Source of the DNA: Abditibacterium sp.
GTDB taxonomy: Bacteria; Armatimonadota; Abditibacteriia; Abditibacteriales; Abditibacteriaceae
Assembly: GCA_965199495.1 (NCBI GenBank)
Contig: CBDASK010000003.1
Span: 1,920,001 to 1,984,000, forward strand
DNA length: 64,000 nt
Direction of reading: 5' to 3'
In this document: positions 10,205 through 18,754 of the stretch, piece after piece
How the letters are laid out: each line of letters begins with the position of its first letter
Numbering within the stretch: the first letter of the stretch is position 1
The notes under the pieces: model-generated
Database searches by the model: none
The model's input: only the letters and a program-made list of their open reading frames with translations
What the model was told of the DNA's origin: nothing
Translations under genes and position numbers: made by a program

Positions 10205-11056
10205 TTATTTCTTGGGTTGCGCGCTGGGTATTTCTACGGGCGTTTCGACTTTGACGCTGCGAAGTATATCGCCCTGTGTCAATTTCATGGCCGCAGCGGC
10301 GCCGCCGACGACTTTGCCAAACACGGTGTAGCCGTCGCCCGTATCGAGGCGCGGCACCGCGCCTTGCGTGATATAAAACTGGCTGCCCGCCGAATTGGGG
10401 TCTTGCGTGCGCGCGGCGGCGATGATCAATTTTTGGTGCGTCAGCTTGTTATGTTCGCGCGGAATTTCGTAGCCGGGGCCGCCCATGCCCGCGAAGTTCA
10501 TGGTCGAAGCATTTTTGGTGAGCGGATCGCCGCCCTGAATAATGTAGCTTTTGCCGTCGCCTTCCAAATCGGCGTGACGCGGAAAAGTGGTATCGTCGAA
10601 GAAGCCCTTTTTGGCCAGATAAACAAAGCTCTTGACGTGGAGCGGCGCGGCTTTGGCATCGAGTTCGAGCGTAATCGGGCCTTTGCTGGTGTTCATTAAA
10701 ACTTTGACTTTGTCGGGCACTTTCATGTTGAGCGGTGGGCGCATTTGGTGCGCTTTGGCCATACCAGCTTTGTAGCTCGCGATCATTTCGGGCGTGGCTT
10801 TGGGGCCAAAGCCTTTTTCGTCCGCGACCGTTGCGCGATAACGCTCGTCTTCACCGGTCTTGGAAACGGCGGGCTTGGGCGTCGCGGCGGGCGGATCCGT
10901 CGGAACAGGGGCGCTGTTGCCCGCGAGCGAATTGGTGGAGGTCGGGGTTCCGACGGAATTGGTGGCGGCGGGCGAAAAGCAACCGGCGAGCGACGTAGCA
11001 GCCACCGGCAACGCGGCTATGAGCGCGAGCAGGGAAAATCGGGAAACATTTTTCAT
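10205..11056 (-). CDS. Cyclophilin-type peptidyl-prolyl isomerase, lipoprotein
   Basis: Lipobox LAGC; IIQGGDP, GGPGYEI, DPNSAGSQFYIT, YTVFGKV. Confidence 0.9.
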   Translation of the reverse strand: MKNVSRFSLLALIAALPVAATSLAGCFSPAATNSVGTPTSTNSLAGNSAPVPTDPPAATPKPAVSKTGEDERYRATVADEKGFGPKATPEMIASYKAGMAKAHQMRPPLNMKVPDKVKVLMNTSKGPITLELDAKAAPLHVKSFVYLAKKGFFDDTTFPRHADLEGDGKSYIIQGGDPLTKNASTMNFAGMGGPGYEIPREHNKLTHQKLIIAAARTQDPNSAGSQFYITQGAVPRLDTGDGYTVFGKVVGGAAAAMKLTQGDILRSVKVETPVEIPSAQPKK

Positions 11057-11161
11057 GGAATTTGAGTGGGGAAAAACCAGCCTTGAGACGAAAAAATGGC
11101 TCGCAAGTCGCGTTTCTGTGGAAAACGAAAGTTGCGAGCCGTCAAGAAAATGGAAGGGAAG

Positions 11162-11404
11162 TTAAGCGCGCTTCTCTTCGGCGGCCAAAGCGGCCATCGA
11201 GTTGGCGCCGATTGGCATACCAATGCCGCGCTGGTAACGCTGCAAACCATAACAATCGCGACAGGTAATCGAGTCAATGACAAACGGAAGATGGCGGATT
11301 TGTTTGCCGCACTGCGTGCATTTGGGCGTGGCGACAATGGGGGAACGGACGGCAATTGTTTCAGCGGGGGAATGCTTGTGAGCGGGTTTTGTGGGGGAGG
11401 CCAT
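11162..11404 (-). CDS. Small zinc-ribbon protein
   Basis: 80 aa; CTQC-x15-CRDC with LPF in the loop. Confidence 0.6.
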   Translation of the reverse strand: MASPTKPAHKHSPAETIAVRSPIVATPKCTQCGKQIRHLPFVIDSITCRDCYGLQRYQRGIGMPIGANSMAALAAEEKRA

Positions 11405-11615
11405 AAAAATGTTTTCCTTCTTCAAACCAAACAATTTCAGTATAACATAAATTCTTTTCACTTCGCGGGGAACCTTGTATGACATTAGCTTTTGCAGCCA
11501 AAATTTGTCGTGCGCGGAACCGAGACGAACGCCGGGACGCTAAACTTGCTCGTCGTCAAGGCCGTGCTTTGAGCGCGACATCCAAGACGTTAATTTCAAG
11601 GAGAAACCCACAAAA

Positions 11616-11939
11616 ATGCTTCCTAATATTCCCGGCCTGCAAAAGCAGGTTCAGAAAATGCAAGACGACATGGCGCGTCTGCAAACCGAACTCGACAACG
11701 CCCGCATCGAAGCCGCTTCGGGCGGCGGCATGGTCAAAGCCGTCGTCAACGGCAAAGGCGAAATGCTCGATTTGGTCATCGCGCCCGAAGTCGTTGACCC
11801 GCAAGATATCGGTATGTTGCAAGATTTGGTCATCGCCGCCGTGCGCGACGCCATGACCAAAGCCGAAGACGAGAAAACCGAAAAAATGAACGCCGCCATG
11901 CCGCCCGGTTTAATGGGCAACCTGAAAGGAATGTTTTAA
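11616..11939 (+). CDS. ybaB: YbaB/EbfC nucleoid-associated protein
   Basis: ASGGGMVKAVVNGKGE, LQDLVIAAV; directly upstream of recR. Confidence 0.92.
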   Translation: MLPNIPGLQKQVQKMQDDMARLQTELDNARIEAASGGGMVKAVVNGKGEMLDLVIAPEVVDPQDIGMLQDLVIAAVRDAMTKAEDEKTEKMNAAMPPGLMGNLKGMF

Positions 11940-11944
11940 TTTCG

Positions 11945-12040
11945 GTGATAAGTAACAAGTCGCAAGTGACAAGTGAAAATAGCGAGGACTTGAAGTGACG
12001 CGCTTTTTTACTTGTCACTTGCCACCTGTTACTTGTCACT
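11945..12040. repeat. Inverted arrays of short tandem heptamer repeats
   Basis: GTGATAA GTAACAA GTCGCAA GTGACAA facing TTGTCAC TTGCCAC CTGTTAC TTGTCAC. Confidence 0.7.
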
Positions 12041-12049
12041 GCGCAAGCA

Positions 12050-12652
12050 ATGCTCTATCCCCGCCCGCTTCAACGTCTGCTCGCCGAACTCGAACGCTTG
12101 CCCGGCATCGGGCCGAAATCGGCGCAGCGTTTGGCGTTTCATCTGTTGCGCTCGGCCCGCGACGACAACGCGGCTTTGGCCGACGCGATTAAAAGCGTGC
12201 GCGAACAGATTCATCCGTGCCAGAATTGCGGCAATTTCACCGACGAAGATTTGTGCGATATTTGCCGCGCGCCGCGCCGCGAAAACGGCCAGATGTGCAT
12301 CGTTTCCGAGGCGCGCGATGTGTTGTCCATCGAAAACTCCAACGAGTTTTATGGACGTTATCACGTTCTGGGCGGCGTGATTAATCCGCTCGATGGCATC
12401 GGGCCAGCCGATCTGCGCCTCGATAACCTGCTCGACCGCATCCGCGACGAAAACATCGAAGAAGTCATCGTGGCTTTGTCGCCGACAGTCGAAGGCGAAA
12501 CGACCGGCTCGTTTTTAGCGTCGCTTTTGCACGAACACGCGGACAAAGTGAAAGTCACACAGCTTGCGCGTGGCTTGCCTTTCGGCGGCGATTTGGATTA
12601 CGCCGATCAAGTCACCATTGCGGGCGCGCTGCGCGGACGGCGTGAGTTGTAG
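12050..12652 (+). CDS. recR: Recombination mediator RecR
   Basis: LPGIGPKSAQRLAFHLL, C4 zinc finger, YHVLGG, TVEGETT, GGDLDYAD. Confidence 0.97.
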   Translation: MLYPRPLQRLLAELERLPGIGPKSAQRLAFHLLRSARDDNAALADAIKSVREQIHPCQNCGNFTDEDLCDICRAPRRENGQMCIVSEARDVLSIENSNEFYGRYHVLGGVINPLDGIGPADLRLDNLLDRIRDENIEEVIVALSPTVEGETTGSFLASLLHEHADKVKVTQLARGLPFGGDLDYADQVTIAGALRGRREL

Positions 12653-12678
12653 GTTTGGAAAGTCGCCGAATTTTCCGC

Positions 12679-12784
12679 GCGCCAACGTAGGGGCGGGGTC
12701 TCCCCGCCCACAACGTGAGGCGACGATAACGGAAGATGATGCCGTAACGTTGTGAGCGGGGAGACCCCGCCCCTACGTTGGCGC
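12679..12784. repeat. REPIN: inverted pair of GTAG-type REPs (GTAGGGGCGGGGTCTCCCCGCCC)
   Basis: ~38-bp arms with one mismatch; same family at 20350-20462. Confidence 0.85.
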
Positions 12785-12830
12785 AATCATTTTCACTATC
12801 CCAACTGAAATCAAGTAAAATAACTTTATC

Positions 12831-15023
12831 GTGACCGTCGCACCTTCCACCGAAACCGTTAGTGAATCGCCCGAATTGCTCGCCGAATTGGAGCGCGTTT
12901 TCGGTTACACCGCGTTTCGCCCGCATCAGGAAGACGCGGTGCGCGCGGCGCTGGCGGGGCGCGATTGTCTGGTCGTGATGCCGACGGGCGCGGGCAAATC
13001 TTTAACGTTTCAGTTGCCCGCCGCGATCACGCCGGGCGTCACCATCGTGATTTCGCCGCTCATCGCTTTGATGCGCGACCAAATTATCGCGTTGCACGAG
13101 CGCACATCGTTTGTCGAAGAAGGCGCGTATTATCTCAATTCGTCGCAGTCGCAGGACGAACAACGCGACGTTTTAAGTTTGGTGCGCGCGGGCCGCGTGA
13201 AACTGCTTTACATCACGCCCGAACGATTGCGTTCGGGCGCGTTTTTGGATTTGCTGCAAAGCGTTAAAATCGCCAGATTAGTTGTGGACGAGGCGCATTG
13301 TATTTCGGAATGGGGCCACGATTTTCGGCCCGATTATCTGGCGATTAAAGATGTCGTCGCGACGTTGGGCGATGTGCCGCGTTTCGCAGTGACGGCAACA
13401 GCCACGCGGCGCGTGCAAGGCTCGATTGCCGAAAATCTGGGCATGCGCGAGCCGGAAATTATCGTCGGTGGATTTGACCGGCCCAACTTGCATTGGTCGG
13501 TCGTGCGCTGTAAAAACGACGCGGAGCGCGATAACAAATTATTCAAAGCTCTGCCGAAATTGATGTCGCGCGGCGGGAGCGGTTTGATTTATGTTTCGAC
13601 GCGCAAAGTCTGCGAAAAAATCGGCGAGTTGGCGCTCAACGCTTTGGCGCCGCTCGGCATTCGCGCGGGCTGTTACCACGCGGGCATGGAGAACGAATCG
13701 CGCTCGAAAATGCAGGAGGCGTGGTTGCGCGGCGACATTCCGGTTTTGGTGGCGACGAACGCGTTTGGCATGGGCATTGACAAGCCCGACGTGCGATTTG
13801 TCGTGCATTACGGCTATCCCGAATCGCCCGAATCGTATTATCAGGAAGCGGGCCGCGCCGGGCGCGACGGCAAAAAGGCGCGCGTTTTCGTGTTGAGCGT
13901 GCCCGCCGCCGACCGCAAACTGCGCGAATGGTTCATCACCAACGAAGCCATCGAAGCCGACGATTTTCAGAAAGTCGTGCAGAAATTGGGACGATTGGCG
14001 GGCGGCGAAGCGGTGCGCGTGCCGAGTTATTGGTGGGATCAGGAATTGGCGTGGCGCGAACCCAAACCGCGCGTGGTTTTGTCGCGCCTCGAACGCGCCG
14101 GTTTGCTCGAACGCTTGAGCGAAACGCCCGAAGGCATCGAACTGCGGCCAACCGTGAAATCCATTCCCGCCAATCAGATGGGCGAACTGCGGCGCGGATT
14201 GGAGCGCGATCTCAACGAACGATTCGAGCGCCTCAACGAAATGGCGGGTTACGTCAAAACCATCGAATGTCGGCGCGCGGCGCTGATCAATTATTTCGGC
14301 GACGCCGACGAATTTATCGGCGGCGGCGAAGGTTGCTGCGACAACTGCGACGCGCGCGCCAAAGGCATTGACCTGAGCGCGCGAAGTCCCAAAATGGCCC
14401 AGGGCCGAGTCGAGGCGCCCTCGCAAATCGGCGATATTTACGAACTGTTGCAGGCGCTCGATGCTTTATGGCCGAGCGTGGGCAAAACGCGACTGGCAAA
14501 AATTCTGCGCGGCTCCAACGCCGCCGATATGCAGCGCTATCTGGACGCGCCGGTTTATGGCGCTTTGCGCGGTGTTTCGGTCGCCAAAACCAACACGTTT
14601 TTGGAAGAATTACTCGACCGCGCGCTCTTGCATCAGGGCGACGAAGACGAATATTATGTCGTCAACGTGACGCGCGCCGGACGCGAGGCGTGGGAAGCGC
14701 GCGCCGGTGTGGACGATTTGGAATTGCCCGGACAAACCCGGCGTGGCTCCAGTTCGGCGCGGCGCGCCAGTTCGTTCGCGAATGATGACGACGACACCCT
14801 CGATGGCGTGGGCGGCGCGCTCTTCGAGAAGCTGCGCAACTGGCGCAGCGCGCGCGCGCGCGAAGAAAGCGTGCCGCCTTATATCGTGTTCGGCGACAAA
14901 GTTCTGCGCGAAATCGCGCGCCAACGCCCGTCGGATTTAGACGAATTGGGCGAAATTAGCGGTATCGGCCCGGCGAAATTAGATAAATACGGCGAGTTAG
15001 TTTTGGAATTATTGAGTGAATAA
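12831..15023 (+). CDS. recQ: RecQ-family DNA helicase with RQC and HRDC domains
   Basis: MPTGAGKSL, VDEAHCISEWGHDFRP, ATNAFGMGIDKPDVR, QEAGRAGRDG, CCDNC, VPPYIVFGD. Confidence 0.92.
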   Translation: MTVAPSTETVSESPELLAELERVFGYTAFRPHQEDAVRAALAGRDCLVVMPTGAGKSLTFQLPAAITPGVTIVISPLIALMRDQIIALHERTSFVEEGAYYLNSSQSQDEQRDVLSLVRAGRVKLLYITPERLRSGAFLDLLQSVKIARLVVDEAHCISEWGHDFRPDYLAIKDVVATLGDVPRFAVTATATRRVQGSIAENLGMREPEIIVGGFDRPNLHWSVVRCKNDAERDNKLFKALPKLMSRGGSGLIYVSTRKVCEKIGELALNALAPLGIRAGCYHAGMENESRSKMQEAWLRGDIPVLVATNAFGMGIDKPDVRFVVHYGYPESPESYYQEAGRAGRDGKKARVFVLSVPAADRKLREWFITNEAIEADDFQKVVQKLGRLAGGEAVRVPSYWWDQELAWREPKPRVVLSRLERAGLLERLSETPEGIELRPTVKSIPANQMGELRRGLERDLNERFERLNEMAGYVKTIECRRAALINYFGDADEFIGGGEGCCDNCDARAKGIDLSARSPKMAQGRVEAPSQIGDIYELLQALDALWPSVGKTRLAKILRGSNAADMQRYLDAPVYGALRGVSVAKTNTFLEELLDRALLHQGDEDEYYVVNVTRAGREAWEARAGVDDLELPGQTRRGSSSARRASSFANDDDDTLDGVGGALFEKLRNWRSARAREESVPPYIVFGDKVLREIARQRPSDLDELGEISGIGPAKLDKYGELVLELLSE

Positions 15024-15067
15024 ACTGGACGCTTGGAACACGGTTAAGAGCCTTGTATGTTAATAGT

Positions 15068-15246
15068 AGGGGCAAGAGTGACGCCGATAAGAGCCTGAGC
15101 TGCTTGCAAGCTGTTGGATAGAATTGCGCCTCTTGTCCCTGTTCTTTTTTGTCTTTTCAAGCCGGACAGTATCTTGAGCCGTTGCGAGTTGTGACTTGCA
15201 ACAGAGTTCGCATTGACAAGGCTGGCTGCAAGATAAAAACAAGAAC
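15068..15246 (+). ncRNA. IS110 bridge RNA (predicted; ends approximate)
   Basis: Stem AGGGGCAAGAG/CTCTTGTCCCT encloses TAAGAGCCT (15088-15096) and TTGGATAG (15114-15121), matching the flanks; second loop has ACAGTATCT (15166-15174) and ACAAG (15216-15220), matching the donor junction. Confidence 0.88.
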
Positions 15247-15278
15247 CCCTCGGTTTCCCTTTGTTTGAGGAGAATCTC

Positions 15279-16283
15279 ATGTTTTTAGGAATAGACGTTT
15301 CCAAAGCGACTCTCGATGCCGCGTTTCTGTCCACCCCAGACGCCGCCAAAACGCGCCACAAAGTCTTCGCCAACACAGAGCAAGGCCATCAACTTCTGCT
15401 CGACTGGTTGCAAGAGCTGCCTTCTACCAGTGCAGAAGCGCCCACATCCGCGCCCACGCTTCACGCGTGTTTAGAAGCCACCGGCATCTACGGCGATGCC
15501 CTTGCGCGCGCGCTCCACCAAGCCGGGCATCTTGTCTCGGTTGTGAACCCCGCTGCCGTGCGTGCCTTTGCCAAAAGCCAGCTCAAGCGCACCAAAACCG
15601 ACAAAGCCGATGCGCAACTCATCGCCCGCTTTTGCGCTTTGCACCGGCCCGCGCCCTGGAAGGCGCCCGCGCCGGAGATCGAGCATCTGCAAGCTCTGGT
15701 GCGCCGCATCGAGACGCTCCAGGAGATGAAGCAGATGGAAGCCAACCGCCTGGAAGTGACCTCCTGTGAGGTCGTTCAACACTCGTTGCGCTCTCACATC
15801 GACTATCTCGAACGGGAGATCGGGGCGACCAAAGACCAGATCAAAGAGCACATCCAGGCGCATCCTGAGTTGAACGAATCCGTGCGTTTGCTCTGCTCGA
15901 TTCCTGGCATCGCTGCGGCCACAGCCGCATTGATCCTGGCCGAGTTGGGCGAGATCGCGCAGTTCGAGAACGCGCGCCAGGTCGCGGCGTTTGCCGGATT
16001 AGCGCCGTGTTTGCGCGAATCGGGTTCGAGCGTGCGCGGCAAGCCGCGCCTGTCTAAGGTCGGTTCGCCGCGTCTGCGCAAAGCGCTCTTTTATCCGGCG
16101 ATGACGGCACTGCGCTGCAATCCCGTGATTAGCGAGTTGAAGCAACGTTTGACCCAGGCTGGCAAGTGTAAAATGCTGATCTTGGGTGCTGCGATGCGCA
16201 AGTTGCTGGTGTTGGCCTATGGCGTGCTCAAGTCCGGTCAGCCCTTCGATGCCGAGTTTTGTGCGCAGGGGCTGAAAAATTAA
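15279..16283 (+). CDS. IS110-family recombinase/transposase
   Basis: 334 aa after SD GAGGAG; LGIDVSK, LEATG, KTDKADA (DEDD), SIPGI, ESGSS serine motif, AAMRKLL. Confidence 0.96.
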   Translation: MFLGIDVSKATLDAAFLSTPDAAKTRHKVFANTEQGHQLLLDWLQELPSTSAEAPTSAPTLHACLEATGIYGDALARALHQAGHLVSVVNPAAVRAFAKSQLKRTKTDKADAQLIARFCALHRPAPWKAPAPEIEHLQALVRRIETLQEMKQMEANRLEVTSCEVVQHSLRSHIDYLEREIGATKDQIKEHIQAHPELNESVRLLCSIPGIAAATAALILAELGEIAQFENARQVAAFAGLAPCLRESGSSVRGKPRLSKVGSPRLRKALFYPAMTALRCNPVISELKQRLTQAGKCKMLILGAAMRKLLVLAYGVLKSGQPFDAEFCAQGLKN

Positions 16284-16294
16284 CGCCAAAACTC

Positions 16295-16315
16295 TTGACG
16301 GCCAACACAGTATCT
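16295..16315 (+). promoter_or_regulatory. -35 half of the IS110 circle-junction promoter
   Basis: TTGACG (16295-16300) lies exactly 17 nt from TATGTT (15056-15061) once the ends are joined at the CT core. Confidence 0.8.
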
Positions 16316-16352
16316 ATCCAAATAGGAAAACCAGAATGCGACTGAGCGATGG

Positions 16353-16430
16353 GAGCGGGGCTGGCGCACCCTTCCAATCTGGCGTAAGTCCGAGGAAAGT
16401 CCGCCGATTGGAAGAGTGCGTCAGCCCCGC
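16353..16430. repeat. REP-like palindrome inside the MITE
   Basis: GCGGGGCTGGCGCACCCTTCCAATC...GATTGGAAGAGTGCGTCAGCCCCGC; perfect version at 61188-61276. Confidence 0.8.
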
Positions 16431-16505
16431 ATCTTCAATACTTCGCGTCCTATTCGGATAGGTTCTAAATCGCGCGCTGTCAGACGTTGGTAAAGGAGAA
16501 TCCAA

Positions 16506-17381
16506 ATGCGACATTTTTTCACTTGTTGTGCCGTTACGCTGCTGACCACTCTGGCGGCTCATGCAGCCACGCCGACGGCGGCGTTACAATTAATGCCCGC
16601 CAAAGCCATTAGTTTGCGCTGGCAGAAACTGCCAACCGACACTGATAACGCGGTTTGGCTACATATCTATTGCGTGCCCAAAAGCCGCGACCCCGAATTG
16701 AAAAACATGGGCGTGGACGAAACTGGCCCGATTACACGCGCAAATATTACAAATGGCCCGTCGTTGGCGTCGTCGCCGTTCTGGCTCGATGTTTTCGCCG
16801 ATGCCAACGCCAAGCGGCGCTTGAATTCGGTCAAATTCGAGGAAGGTCACGATGTGCAAGACATCACATTGCGCTGGCTCGAACCCAAATCGCGGCGCGG
16901 CCCCGTCGTGCTGATGAAGTTTGGTTACACGCATTGGTATGAATGGCAAACCTTTACTTTCGCGCAGGGCTGGACGAAACCAGCGCACGCGCAAACCTTT
17001 TTCTATGGCGGCGAAGGCGAAATTTATAACGATCTCCGTTTCGACCGCACCGACGCGCAGGGCCATTTAATCGTCGTCGAAGATGAAGGTCTGGAAAACA
17101 ACAAAGAGCGCACCAATATCTATCGCTGGAATGGGCGCGAGTGGGACGATAAAACATTGAAATATTTCGTGGTCGGCGCTTCGGTCAAAACCAAAAGCGC
17201 CGCCGACGAGATATTGCGCAAGCGTGGTTACGGCGAAGTTTTGCGCTCGAACGATTATCCTAAATTAAGTCCGGGCTATTGGATTTGGATTACAGGACGG
17301 TTTCGCACCAAAGCCGAAGCCGACGAGATCGTCGCGCATCTGGATAAAAATACGCCCGCCGTCGTGCGGCTGGCGCGCTGA
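16506..17381 (+). CDS. Secreted hypothetical protein with possible C-terminal SPOR-like region
   Basis: SD AAGGAG; signal peptide ending AAHA; C-terminal YPKLSPGYWIWITGRFRTKAEA. Confidence 0.6.
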   Translation: MRHFFTCCAVTLLTTLAAHAATPTAALQLMPAKAISLRWQKLPTDTDNAVWLHIYCVPKSRDPELKNMGVDETGPITRANITNGPSLASSPFWLDVFADANAKRRLNSVKFEEGHDVQDITLRWLEPKSRRGPVVLMKFGYTHWYEWQTFTFAQGWTKPAHAQTFFYGGEGEIYNDLRFDRTDAQGHLIVVEDEGLENNKERTNIYRWNGREWDDKTLKYFVVGASVKTKSAADEILRKRGYGEVLRSNDYPKLSPGYWIWITGRFRTKAEADEIVAHLDKNTPAVVRLAR

Positions 17382-17404
17382 ATCGGCGCATCCTCTTTAT
17401 TTTT

Positions 17405-17944
17405 ATGCCCGAATTTCCCATTGTTTATCGCCACGATTGCCAAATTACGCCCGCGCAAGACGAAGCGCTGCGCGCGCTTTTTCGTGTTTGTTTCAAACGT
17501 GAACTGGCTTATTTGGAACATCAACGGTTTTTTCGCGAACTGCCGCCGCATCGCTGGATGATTTTCGACGAAAACGAAAACGTCGTGGCGCATATCGCGG
17601 GTTACGACAAAATTTTGGGCACCGACGACGGATTATTACCCGTCATCGGCATCGCCGAAGTTTGCGTCGCGCCCAATTATCGCGGGCGTGGATTTGTGCG
17701 GGCGCTACTCGCGCAGATTCACGATTGGGCGCGCGCACAAAGATTTTCGCACTCGTTACTTTTCGGTTCACACGGCATTTACGGCAGTAGCGGCTACGAG
17801 AAAATTGATAATCCGATTCGCGCGCTCGATTATCGAACCAGCGAATGGGAAACGCAACCGCTCGAATACGCCCTCGTGCGCGCGCTAAACGACGACGCAG
17901 TTTGGCCGAGCGGAACGATTGATTTGCGCGGGCCACATTTTTGA
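17405..17944 (+). CDS. GNAT-family N-acetyltransferase
   Basis: IAEVCVAPNYRGRGFVRALL acetyl-CoA motif A. Confidence 0.85.
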   Translation: MPEFPIVYRHDCQITPAQDEALRALFRVCFKRELAYLEHQRFFRELPPHRWMIFDENENVVAHIAGYDKILGTDDGLLPVIGIAEVCVAPNYRGRGFVRALLAQIHDWARAQRFSHSLLFGSHGIYGSSGYEKIDNPIRALDYRTSEWETQPLEYALVRALNDDAVWPSGTIDLRGPHF

Positions 17945-17952
17945 AAACGATA

Positions 17953-18723
17953 ATGTCTCAACAAAAACCAACGCTAATTTTGCCGCCGCGTTACACCGAC
18001 GATTCCAACGCGTTGTGGCGCGCGGCGGTGCGGCTCAATTGGGAAATCGAGCGTCTGCAAAGCTGGCGCGTGCCCGACGAATTCAAGCCGTCGCTTCCGC
18101 TCGCGATTTACGGCGAATCGCTGTGGGCGAACTTCGTCGCTCATCAATTGGCTGGCGAACTCTACGAGCCGCCGCTCGATTGGCTCGCGAAATTGCCGCC
18201 ACAATTTTTGGGGCGTCGCGTCGAGTTTTGCACGCTGTTGGAGGCGCGCGAAAAGTCGTTTCCTCTCTTTGTCAAACCAGCGGGCGAAAAAGAATTCGAG
18301 GCGCGCGTTTACCAATCCGCCGCCGATTTGCCGCCCGACGAAGATCGCCAAGAATCGCAGTGGGTTTTGGTGTCCGCGATTGTCGAATGGGAGGTCGAAT
18401 ATCGCTGTTTTCTGCTCGAAGGCCGCGTTTTGGCCGCGTCATCTTACTGGCGCGGCGAAGTCTCGACGCGGAATGAAACCGGCGCTTATCCGTCGCCGCC
18501 CGATGAGTTGCAGGCAGCCATCGCACTCGCCGAAAAAGTCGCGCGCTGCAAACCCAATTTTGGCGCTCACGGAGTTGTCGTTGATGTCGGCATAATTCAC
18601 GATTTCGGTTGGGCCGTTGTCGAGGCGAATCCGGCGTTTGGTTCGGGCATTTACGGATGCGACGCCGAAAAAGTTTTGGAAGTCGTTTCGCATTGCTTTT
18701 ACCAATCTCATTGCTTTTACTAA
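17953..18723 (+). CDS. ATP-grasp protein (R2K/DUF4343-like)
   Basis: LFVKPA..KEF, EYRCFLL, VVDVG...WAVVEANPAFGSGIYG. Confidence 0.78.
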   Translation: MSQQKPTLILPPRYTDDSNALWRAAVRLNWEIERLQSWRVPDEFKPSLPLAIYGESLWANFVAHQLAGELYEPPLDWLAKLPPQFLGRRVEFCTLLEAREKSFPLFVKPAGEKEFEARVYQSAADLPPDEDRQESQWVLVSAIVEWEVEYRCFLLEGRVLAASSYWRGEVSTRNETGAYPSPPDELQAAIALAEKVARCKPNFGAHGVVVDVGIIHDFGWAVVEANPAFGSGIYGCDAEKVLEVVSHCFYQSHCFY

Positions 18724-18754
18724 CATTAAGAAAGTTGAAGTGAGCGAAAAAACT

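Larger units (their letters stand above)
15052..16315 (+). mobile_element. IS110-family (IS621-like) insertion sequence
   Basis: CT core at both ends (15052-15053, 16314-16315); no TIRs; non-coding left end; DEDD recombinase; end junction reads ACAGTATCTTGTAT. Confidence 0.93.
15048..16465. mobile_element. ~156-bp MITE interrupted by the IS110 element within its left TIR
   Basis: Removing the IS gives TAA|GAGCCTATCCAAATAGG...CCTATTCGGATAGGTTC|TAA: imperfect 17-bp TIRs with a TAA direct repeat. Confidence 0.7.

Noticed and set aside
16392..16403. GAGGAAAGTCCG, the RNase P RNA 5' signature
   Set aside because: It lies in the loop of a repeat hairpin; I see no downstream P4 partner motif and there is too little space before the next CDS
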